NCBI GenBank assembly: GCA_963848135.1
Contig: CAWKCK010000017.1
Span: 558,001 to 622,000, forward strand
Direction of reading: 5' to 3'
DNA: 64,000 nucleotides
DNA from: an uncultured delta proteobacterium
Lineage (GTDB): Bacteria; Desulfobacterota; Desulfobacteria; Desulfobacterales; SG8-13
Position 1 is the first letter of the stretch. Each line of letters starts with the position of its first letter. Shown one piece after another: positions 10,082-18,453 of this stretch. Made by a program: the position numbers and the translations under genes. The notes under the pieces were generated by a model. It was given only the letters and a program-made list of their open reading frames with translations, was not told the DNA's origin and searched no databases.

Positions 10082-10906
10082 TTAATCGGTACGGGTATCT
10101 GAAGCTGAATAACCGTGCCGTACAGCGAGCTTGGCAAACATTTGAGCCAGCCCGGCACCAAGAGTAAATACGGCCTCGATCCCGAGGTTTTCATCTGCCG
10201 TTTCGTCGAAAAAAAGATTGATACTCGATTCGATGCCATCTTCCGGTAACCAGTAGCACACCATGACGGGGACCTTCGGCAGGGGGTAAAGGACAACCGA
10301 TATATCCGACCGGAACTGCTTATCCACCTGCCGACCGTTGAAAACATGGACCATGTCGTCGAAAAGGTCGGTATAGGCATCCGCCACAGTCTTCAATACC
10401 TCTTCGCAGCGTTTCTGGAAAAGCGGGTAGCGCTCTTGGCCTCCTTTTAATTCGCGAAACGAGACCCAGCGCCCTGATACCGGAAGCCCTTTTCCGTTCA
10501 GAACATAAATCAGCAGGGGCCCAACAACCCAAGGATTGATATGAATATCGCTGAAGAAATTTCCCTGGGAGTCAATGCTGAAATCTTTACCGAGGACCTT
10601 GAGGGTCAAATGACCGTCAGAGAAGCGCCCGCCGGCCCTTTCGGCCGCAGTTACCAAGTCAACGGCAGCAAGCTGTTTTCTCAATGCCAGAAGCCCGTCA
10701 TCCTGATCCTGGTCTGTTGCCTGCCTTCGGTGCGGCGCTGAGAACCGCTCAATTATTTCGCGATCAAGTTTCGGGCAGTCTTCGATTCTTCTATGCCCTG
10801 TCAGAACGGCCCCTGCAAACGCAAGACAAGTCTTCTCGCCGCAATCGCGGCAGTTCGACTTGTCGAGCAATTGAAAGATCTCCATGGCATTTTTGGGCCG
10901 GGGCAT
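10082..10906 (-). CDS. Fe-S domain / DUF3786-like protein
   Basis: N-terminal NCRDCGEKTCLAFA..CP (FeS domain), then WVSFRELKGG and YPLPKVP..W. Confidence 0.75.
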   Translation of the reverse strand: MPRPKNAMEIFQLLDKSNCRDCGEKTCLAFAGAVLTGHRRIEDCPKLDREIIERFSAPHRRQATDQDQDDGLLALRKQLAAVDLVTAAERAGGRFSDGHLTLKVLGKDFSIDSQGNFFSDIHINPWVVGPLLIYVLNGKGLPVSGRWVSFRELKGGQERYPLFQKRCEEVLKTVADAYTDLFDDMVHVFNGRQVDKQFRSDISVVLYPLPKVPVMVCYWLPEDGIESSINLFFDETADENLGIEAVFTLGAGLAQMFAKLAVRHGYSASDTRTD

Positions 10907-11049
10907 GGGGGCCTTCCTAATCTCTGCTTTTTAGCATGTGCAGGCAGTGTCGGGTTTTATTTATACCAATAGGTGTCGGTGCGTAAAAATACGTTTCAAA
11001 CCGGATTATTTTACGAACCCGAAACCGAAAAATAGTGCCTGAGCGGCAG

Positions 11050-12228
11050 CTAATCGCAGAGTTCGAAAAGCGCCGCTGCCCCCATGCCGCCGCCAATGCA
11101 CATCGACTCGACCCCGTACTTCACACCGCGGGCCTGCATATTGGCCAGAAGGGTCGCGCACAACTTGGCACCGGTGCAGCCCAAGGGGTGACCCAAGGCA
11201 ATGGCGCCGCCATTGACATTGACTTTTTCCATGTCGATGCCAAGTTCACGGATACAGTAAAGAGCCTGTGACGCAAAGGCCTCATTGATCTCAAACAACC
11301 CGATATCGTCGATCTTCAAACCGGCCATGTCGAGCAGTTTGGGAATGGCGTATCGGGGGCCGACACCCATTTCCTCAGGTTTGCAGCCCACCGTGGTGTA
11401 GTATCTTAGCTTGGCGATCGGCCGAATCTCCAGTTCATTGATTTTCTCAGCACTCATAATAACCGATGCGGCCGCACCGTCGGTTGTCTGGGACGAGTTT
11501 CCCGCCGTCACCGATCCTCCGGCCGCGAAGACGGGTTGCAACGACGCCAGGCCCTCAAGGGTGGAATCTTCCCTGATGCCGTCATCGAATGTCTGCAAAT
11601 GTGTTTCCTTCTTAAACGTACCGTCTTGCTGTTGAACAAATTTTGTGGCCGGCGTTGGAATCAGTTCACTATAAAGATTGTTGCTCTTGGCGTTAACAGC
11701 TTTCACCTGGGACCGGTACGCGAAGTCGTCTTGATCCTCACGTGATACCTTGTAGTTTCGGGCAACATTTTCGGCCGTGATGCCCATGGACACATACAAT
11801 CCGGCGTGCTTGCGGGTGTATTCGGGATGCGGCCGGGGCATAAAGCCCCCCATGGGAATATACGTCATCGATTCGACACCACCACCAATGGCAACATCCA
11901 CCCATCCCGCCATTACCTTCAAGGCTGCCCCGGTGATTGCCTCCAGACCGGAAGCACAAAAGCGGTTGACTGTTGCGCCGGTCACCTCGACCGGAAAGCC
12001 GGCAATCTGGCTGACAAGCCGCCCGATGTTCAACCCCTGTTCAGCTTCCGGGAAACAGCAGCCGATCATGACATCTTCCACGTCTTTTTTTTCGATGTGG
12101 GCTGTCCGCTCAACCGCAGTGGACATAATAAATGCGAGTAAATCCTCCGGTCTTGTGTCCCTGAACGCACCTTTGCTGCGTTTACACCCCGGTGTCCGGA
12201 CGGACGTGACGATATATGCATCTTTCAT
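11050..12228 (-). CDS. acetyl-CoA C-acyltransferase (thiolase)
   Basis: VNRFCASG, NEAFA, GGAIALGHPLG, SMCIGGGMG; start chosen at MKDAY. Confidence 0.95.
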   Translation of the reverse strand: MKDAYIVTSVRTPGCKRSKGAFRDTRPEDLLAFIMSTAVERTAHIEKKDVEDVMIGCCFPEAEQGLNIGRLVSQIAGFPVEVTGATVNRFCASGLEAITGAALKVMAGWVDVAIGGGVESMTYIPMGGFMPRPHPEYTRKHAGLYVSMGITAENVARNYKVSREDQDDFAYRSQVKAVNAKSNNLYSELIPTPATKFVQQQDGTFKKETHLQTFDDGIREDSTLEGLASLQPVFAAGGSVTAGNSSQTTDGAAASVIMSAEKINELEIRPIAKLRYYTTVGCKPEEMGVGPRYAIPKLLDMAGLKIDDIGLFEINEAFASQALYCIRELGIDMEKVNVNGGAIALGHPLGCTGAKLCATLLANMQARGVKYGVESMCIGGGMGAAALFELCD

Positions 12229-12309
12229 GGTTCGATCCTCCCTGGAATCCATTCCTATATACGGGAATGGGAATATTTTGCATCCAACAACCAGTCATCC
12301 GCAACGGCT

Positions 12310-14712
12310 TCAGTTGCGGAGTGGTTTGCCCGTCGTTAGCATATGGTCGATCCGAGCAATGGTTTTGTCCTCACGCAGGAGGTCCATAAACGCCTTACGT
12401 TCCAATGTCAGTATGACCTCTTCATCCAGTGCACTGTTTGCCCGAACCTCACCACCGCTGATGACATAGGCGATCTGTTGGGCCAGGTGGGCGTCATAAT
12501 CGCTAATGAAGCCGGCTTTGTGCATGTTATATATTTCGGCGGCAATCATTCCCTGGGCCGATTCACCGACGACCTTAATCTTTCGTTTGACGGGTGGGGC
12601 ATAGCCATCGGCCACCATTTTAATAACTTCCTTCTTGGCCTCACCAATAAGGTAATCCCGGTTGAAAACAATCCGGTCCCGGGTGCCGAGGAAACCGTTT
12701 GCACGGGCATCGGCGGCAGACATTGACACCTTCGCCATGGCAATGTTCATGAAAACTGGTATGAAAAATCGGGCCAGATCCATATCCGTAACCGTCTGGG
12801 GGATGGTCTGAACATATTTACGCCAGAGGTTGAGGCACCCGCCCCCGGCCGGCAGCAGACCGACGCCGACCTCGACCAGCCCCATATACAGTTCGGCATG
12901 ACTCACGATTCTGTCGACAGCCAAACAGACCTCGCACCCGCCCCCCAACGTCAAACCGAACGGTGCGGCAACCACCGGAAAGGGAGCGTATTTTGCTTTC
13001 TGAAGCACCGATTGCAAGCCAGCAACCATCTCCTCGATGTCTGCAAAACGCTTCTCCTTGACCGCGCCAAGGATACCTTTGAGATCAGCTCCGGCCGAAA
13101 AGGCGCCGGGCATACCCCCGGCCTGGTTACCGATGATCAGCCCAGCCCCCTTGGCATCGACGTAATCGATCGTTTCGTCCAGAAATTCTAAAATTTCGGA
13201 GTTCAACGCGTTCATCTTGGTGTGAAATTCCAGGCAGGCCACGCCGTCATCCAGATCGATCAGGGTGGCCGATGGTGTGCTTTTGATCACTTTCTGAGCA
13301 TCCTTGACGGCTTTGAGAGAAATAATGTTCGAGCTGACCACGATTTCCTGATAATCACCACTGCTGAAATCGAAAAACATGACCTTGCCCCCGTCGGCCT
13401 TGTAAAATGAGTTGTTGCCGGCGGAAATCATCGCGCGGATCGCTTCGGGAACCGCGAATCCGTCGCGATCCATTTTCTCGACCGACTGTGTCAAGCCGAT
13501 GGCATCCCAAGTTTCAAAAATACCCAATTCAAAATTGAATCCCCATTTCATGGCGTTATCTATATCGACAATGGTATCGGAAATTTCCGGAATTCTGTTG
13601 GCAGCATAGATGAGGTTATGTGCCAGAGCCTTCCAGGCAAACCGCGCCAGTTTGTCTTCACCGTAAATTACGGCCCGCATCCTCTCGGGCAGGCTCCCTG
13701 CCTTCTTGGCTGCGGCCATGCAGGGATATTCCGACAGCTCATACTCATGATATGATAGGTTTTGCGGATCGATGACTTTACGTATTTTTTGCCACTCGGG
13801 GGTCAGCTCGGTCTTGTAAAACCCACTCTGCGTTTTTTTCCCCAACAGGTTTTTTTTGATCATCTCCTGCACGAAATCAGGCAGCACAAAACTGTCCCGG
13901 CTTTCATCATCCGGCACCATCTCGTATGTGTTTCTGGCCACGTGCGCCAAAACATCCAGCCCCACGAGATCAGCGGTTTTGAACATGGCCGTTTTGGGCC
14001 GTCCCATGACCGGTCCGAAAACCATGTCTACTTCCGGAATAGAGAGTCCCTCGCTAATCATCAGTTGCATGGCTTTGATAATACCCTGTACACCCACGCG
14101 ATTGCCGATGAAATTGGGGGTATCCTTGGCCCAAACGATACCCTTGCCCAACACGCGTTCACCGAAATCGGCGACAAACGACAGTACATCGGGCCGTGTC
14201 TCCTCGCCGGGAATAATTTCGAGTAACCGCATATAACGGACAGGATTGAAAAAATGGGTGCCGAGAAAATGCGCCCTGAAATCCGGACTCAACCCCTTGG
14301 ACATGGCATCGAGTAGAATCCCGGATGTATTTGTGGAAACAATCGTTTCCGCTTTCCGCACCGCATCGATTCGGCGCAACAGATCTTGTTTGATCTTGAG
14401 ATTTTCCACCACGACTTCAATGATCCAATCGCATTCAGCGATCTTGTCGAAATCGTCCGAAAAATTGCCGATGGCGATGCGGTCGGCATCATTGGAGTGC
14501 ATGAGAAGCGACGGGTTGGCTGCGATCATCTTATCGAAACCGGCCTTGACGATGCGATTGCGCACCTTCGGATCGGGGTCGGTGCTTTTTTCCGCATCCG
14601 GCGGCACAATATCCAACATCAACGTGCGCACACCGGCACTGGCAAGCAAAGCGGCTATGCCGCCGCCCATGACGCCTGACCCGAGCACCGCTGCTGATCT
14701 TATTTTTCTCAT
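12310..14712 (-). CDS. fadN: 3-hydroxyacyl-CoA dehydrogenase / enoyl-CoA hydratase (FadN-like)
   Basis: GSGVMG, STNTSG, GTHFFNPVRYM, KDTPNFIGNR, C-terminal crotonase LGGGCE..GLVEVGVG, ends TGKPLRN. Confidence 0.9.
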   Translation of the reverse strand: MRKIRSAAVLGSGVMGGGIAALLASAGVRTLMLDIVPPDAEKSTDPDPKVRNRIVKAGFDKMIAANPSLLMHSNDADRIAIGNFSDDFDKIAECDWIIEVVVENLKIKQDLLRRIDAVRKAETIVSTNTSGILLDAMSKGLSPDFRAHFLGTHFFNPVRYMRLLEIIPGEETRPDVLSFVADFGERVLGKGIVWAKDTPNFIGNRVGVQGIIKAMQLMISEGLSIPEVDMVFGPVMGRPKTAMFKTADLVGLDVLAHVARNTYEMVPDDESRDSFVLPDFVQEMIKKNLLGKKTQSGFYKTELTPEWQKIRKVIDPQNLSYHEYELSEYPCMAAAKKAGSLPERMRAVIYGEDKLARFAWKALAHNLIYAANRIPEISDTIVDIDNAMKWGFNFELGIFETWDAIGLTQSVEKMDRDGFAVPEAIRAMISAGNNSFYKADGGKVMFFDFSSGDYQEIVVSSNIISLKAVKDAQKVIKSTPSATLIDLDDGVACLEFHTKMNALNSEILEFLDETIDYVDAKGAGLIIGNQAGGMPGAFSAGADLKGILGAVKEKRFADIEEMVAGLQSVLQKAKYAPFPVVAAPFGLTLGGGCEVCLAVDRIVSHAELYMGLVEVGVGLLPAGGGCLNLWRKYVQTIPQTVTDMDLARFFIPVFMNIAMAKVSMSAADARANGFLGTRDRIVFNRDYLIGEAKKEVIKMVADGYAPPVKRKIKVVGESAQGMIAAEIYNMHKAGFISDYDAHLAQQIAYVISGGEVRANSALDEEVILTLERKAFMDLLREDKTIARIDHMLTTGKPLRN

Positions 14713-14740
14713 GACGTTTCCCTCCCTGCGTTATAAATAT

Positions 14741-14758
14741 AATGAATGACCATTCATT
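14741..14758. promoter_or_regulatory. palindromic operator, FadR/TetR-like
   Basis: AATGAATG-AC-CATTCATT perfect inverted repeat between the fadN start and a - strand TTGACA at 14783-14788. Confidence 0.7.
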
Positions 14759-15009
14759 GATCTAACAGATCTGATCTTAGCCTGTCAACAAAAAAGACAG
14801 AATGGCACTAAACAATTCAACACATTAAAATTATTTTATATAAATAGATGTAAAATGGAAGTTGGCATACCGGATTAGTTGATTACTGGAGGAAATATTA
14901 CGATATGTTTAATGAATTTTAATTCAAAAACAAACGATGACCCCTGCGAACAATTTTTATTTAGAAGATTTTCCGGACCATCGTTTTCGAGGGAAAACGA
15001 ACCGATCGA

Positions 15010-16416
15010 TCAATTACGGAATGCAAAGTTTTCGAAGTGGGCATGTTCATCGGTAAGAACGTCGTCTTCACTATGCAAATCAGCGCAGATACTGCTGAAA
15101 CGGTTTTCCAGAGCGATAAAGGCGTCAACGACATCCGGGTCGAAATGGGCCCCGCGCAATCCCAAGATGATATCCCGCGCCTCCCGATGCAAGAAGGCCT
15201 TTTTGTAGAACCGCCTGGAGGTCAGTGCGTCATAAACGTCAGCCAGGGCGACGATGCGTGCCGAAAGTGGGATGGCCTCTGCGCTCAACCCATTGGGATA
15301 ACCGCTGCCGTCCCATTTTTCGTGATGGTGGTAAGCAATCTCCCGGCCCAGCGTCAGAAATGACTTGCCATCAATTCGCGAATCGATGGCATCTAAGGCC
15401 GTCCCGCCCAGAAGGGTGTGAGTTTTGATAATTTCGAATTCCTCTCCGGTCAGTTCTCCTGGTTTCAGCAATATCGCATCGGGTATCCCGACCTTACCGA
15501 TGTCGTGCAAAATGGATGACTGGTAGATGTCTGCCGTATATTCCTTGGTTATGTATTCCCGATATTTCGGCAATCGTGACATCTGTTCCGCAATGAGGCG
15601 TGAGTATTCCCGTATCCGTTCAAGGTGAGATCCCGTACCTTCGTCTCTGTATTCAGCCAGTTTGGCAAGCCCCAGAATGGTGGCGGCTCGGGCTTCATGC
15701 AGTTGGATTTCCAACCGTTTTTTTTCTCTTTCGGCTCTGAGCTGTTTGGTTACATCCCGGATAACGCCCCGAAACCCTAATGGTTGACCGTTACTTTCGC
15801 GGCGTAAGTAAACTGAGAGTGCAAGAATTTTCCGCCGGCGATTATGTGACTGCATTTCGAATTCGTCAATCTGGTCCGGCAGGCCGGTCTCGAGAACATG
15901 CGTGAAGACCCGAGTGGATTCAATAGCCATATCGGCGTCGGTGCAGTCCCCTAGTTTCTTTCCCTTTAGGGCCGCATGCCCGTCACCGAGCATTTTTTGA
16001 GCCGCATCGTTATAAAAGGACAGGCGGCCGTCTAAATCAAGTTCGTAGTATCCTTCCTCGATGCTTTCAAGAATCGTACGATATTTCTCCTCGCTGATTT
16101 TCAACGCTTCTTCTGCTTTTTTACGATTGTTGATCGTGAACTGGACATGGGAGCCGAAGAAAAGAAAAAGGCAAAAAACGATGAGACGCGGCCAAATTTC
16201 ATTGATGTCCGGGCCCAGCAACTGTTTTAGGAAGCTGACTTCGTGGGTGGTAAAGATGTTGAGCAGGGATTCGAGAACCCAGTACGATGCGGCAAGTCCC
16301 ATACCGATTAATACCATGGAATCGGCAACGCTCACGCGGTACTTGAACATATTTTTTATGTTGCTATCGATCATTCCTAACGGCTCAGCACTGAGATTAT
16401 CATGCCCCATATACAC
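15010..16416 (-). CDS. membrane-anchored PAS + HD-GYP c-di-GMP phosphodiesterase
   Basis: two TM helices, PAS (EEKYRTILESIEEGY..RDVT), LHDIGK, HHEKWDGSGYP, ADVYDALTSRR; start may be 16374 or 16350. Confidence 0.9.
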   Translation of the reverse strand: MYMGHDNLSAEPLGMIDSNIKNMFKYRVSVADSMVLIGMGLAASYWVLESLLNIFTTHEVSFLKQLLGPDINEIWPRLIVFCLFLFFGSHVQFTINNRKKAEEALKISEEKYRTILESIEEGYYELDLDGRLSFYNDAAQKMLGDGHAALKGKKLGDCTDADMAIESTRVFTHVLETGLPDQIDEFEMQSHNRRRKILALSVYLRRESNGQPLGFRGVIRDVTKQLRAEREKKRLEIQLHEARAATILGLAKLAEYRDEGTGSHLERIREYSRLIAEQMSRLPKYREYITKEYTADIYQSSILHDIGKVGIPDAILLKPGELTGEEFEIIKTHTLLGGTALDAIDSRIDGKSFLTLGREIAYHHHEKWDGSGYPNGLSAEAIPLSARIVALADVYDALTSRRFYKKAFLHREARDIILGLRGAHFDPDVVDAFIALENRFSSICADLHSEDDVLTDEHAHFENFAFRN

Positions 16417-16653
16417 TTTGTACTACCTGAAAATATTGTTATTTTACCATTTTTATATCGAAATGTCACGATCTATAAAAAAGGTTAAACCGTCGCATAG
16501 GCTGCATAACGATAGAGCACAAATAAAATGATCCGTATTCTGATTCTCAATGGCGAGGGGACTCGTGGGCGCAACTTTCCGCGAGCCGTGGATTCAATGG
16601 CCGGACCCATACGAACCGAAGGGCGCTATCGAAAAAGCCTTTAATGTGATCAA

Positions 16654-16684
16654 CTTGACCCCTAAAGGTCAAGAATGGTACAAT
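16654..16684 (+). promoter_or_regulatory. sigma70-like promoter with overlapping palindrome
   Basis: TTGACC-18 nt-TACAAT; CTTGACC-N6-GGTCAAG inverted repeat over the -35. Confidence 0.5.
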
Positions 16685-16726
16685 ATTGTCTCATTCGATG
16701 GGGATTTATACTGACCAATAAACAGC

Positions 16727-17047
16727 ATGCCGATCGGCGATCAAGGGGGCGTGGGAATGAATATAAGAATAAAGAGGTATATATTTAGCGGCGTATTGCT
16801 GTTTATTGGCTATTTTCTGGCCAGCCAGCACATCGTCATTAACGACAGGGATTTCAGACTGCTTGAAAAATCCGAATTAACCTACGAATACACTTTTTAT
16901 AACCTCACCGACAAGGACCCTGAAGACGTGCTTCAGATCGACGCGCTGCGCGAAGATGGAATCGGCGAAATTCTGGTTGAGTTTGGCCTTTTAAGTGAAG
17001 AAGAAAAATACCGTTTGGAAACTTACTATAGCAGCCTATGGGAATGA
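16727..17047 (+). CDS. small hypothetical membrane-anchored protein
   Basis: one N-terminal hydrophobic helix and an acidic soluble part; promoter upstream; start may be 16757. Confidence 0.7.
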   Translation: MPIGDQGGVGMNIRIKRYIFSGVLLFIGYFLASQHIVINDRDFRLLEKSELTYEYTFYNLTDKDPEDVLQIDALREDGIGEILVEFGLLSEEEKYRLETYYSSLWE

Positions 17048-17117
17048 CGCCAGCGCGGCACCGAAGTATCCCACTCTCTGCCACTGCATTTGCCGAACCA
17101 ATATTCCGGGTTTTCTT

Positions 17118-18377
17118 TTAACCGCTGTTGAGCATGTCGGCAAAGACCATCAGCATTCCACTCAACTTCGGGGCCATTTCCTTGAACCGGATTCCCAAAG
17201 CAACCGTTGGTTGTCCTTCAAAAGATACGTTTCTGCTCCAGACAACACTTCCCGAAACATTCAATGTCATTGCTTCACCCGGGATGCACACCTGGATGCC
17301 GGCCTTTAACAACGCGATTTGAGTTTCCGAAATATTTGCATATTTCGTATCCACCACAACGCACACACCACCGACGGATATATCCCTCGAGTAGCCCTTC
17401 AGTACCAGCGGTGTGTCATCGACACCGTCAGGATATACTTCCAGGTTTATTTTTATCGGCAGGGGGTGCCGCCCTCCTTTGCGGTTACCACGCGCCGGTG
17501 TCGTCTCCGCATGTTTCCGCCTGCTCTCAACCAGGCTGACCAAGGCCCGTTCGATACCCGGATACTTGCCACATACCTCCGCCAAACGGCTTTTTGAGAT
17601 TTTCATCAACTCGACACCGGAGATGGTCTGTGTGAAGGATTGCGATATTTTTTCTTCACCGAAAGGCAGTACATCCCCGAGAACATCGTTTTCACTCAGG
17701 TAGGCGGTTAATTTATTTTGAGTCTTCTCGCCCCGCTTCAGAGGACGGTAAATCGTATCGCAAAGGGCGCCTGAGGCAACAATGTATAACGCATTCTCGA
17801 TGTTACCGATTTTCTTTAGCATGGATCGAGCCGGCAGGCGCACCCGCGCGATGCGATTGGTCAACGCGATGAATTCCGCATAACTCAAACTGAGGAAAAA
17901 TGTTTTTACGTCGGTTGCATAGGTATTGATGCGTTGAATATCATAATAGAATTCACGGGCCTGCTCGTGGGAAGGTTGGGCGATGCGCCACTGCATGATC
18001 TTTGCAAGGATAGCAGAGACGATCTGGTGATTTTTGACAAACAGTTCTGCGGACTTGCCATAAACGATCGCCGCCGCGCGTTGTGATTTTTTTTGGAGCA
18101 GCAGATCAGCAAAAGCAGCGTGTAAGGCCGGATTATCTGGAAAAACCAGCAACATGCTCCGAAACTCAGAGACAGAATCAATGGTAATGGTGCCATCGAT
18201 AATGTGCCTGGCGATGCTCCTGTGTCTATTCAATTGATCCTGCACCGGTTCCGCCTCGATTGATATCGATCGTTTATGGATACCGCTTTTCAATAATAAA
18301 TTCCACCATACGGATGTGTGGCATACGTGGTTGTAGGAATAAACGTTCGAATAAAGGAACGCGTTTTTAGCAACCAC
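17118..18377 (-). CDS. cyclic-nucleotide-binding + PilZ domain protein
   Basis: cNMP-like LYIVASG..LSENDVLGD; PilZ RKGGR and DISVGG..VVWSR..GIRF; start uncertain. Confidence 0.75.
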   Translation of the reverse strand: MVAKNAFLYSNVYSYNHVCHTSVWWNLLLKSGIHKRSISIEAEPVQDQLNRHRSIARHIIDGTITIDSVSEFRSMLLVFPDNPALHAAFADLLLQKKSQRAAAIVYGKSAELFVKNHQIVSAILAKIMQWRIAQPSHEQAREFYYDIQRINTYATDVKTFFLSLSYAEFIALTNRIARVRLPARSMLKKIGNIENALYIVASGALCDTIYRPLKRGEKTQNKLTAYLSENDVLGDVLPFGEEKISQSFTQTISGVELMKISKSRLAEVCGKYPGIERALVSLVESRRKHAETTPARGNRKGGRHPLPIKINLEVYPDGVDDTPLVLKGYSRDISVGGVCVVVDTKYANISETQIALLKAGIQVCIPGEAMTLNVSGSVVWSRNVSFEGQPTVALGIRFKEMAPKLSGMLMVFADMLNSG

Positions 18378-18453
18378 GATATCAATCCATACAAAATTTT
18401 ACCCGATTATAAGAATAAAATCCACTATTTTAATAAGTTAGGCAGAACAGATC

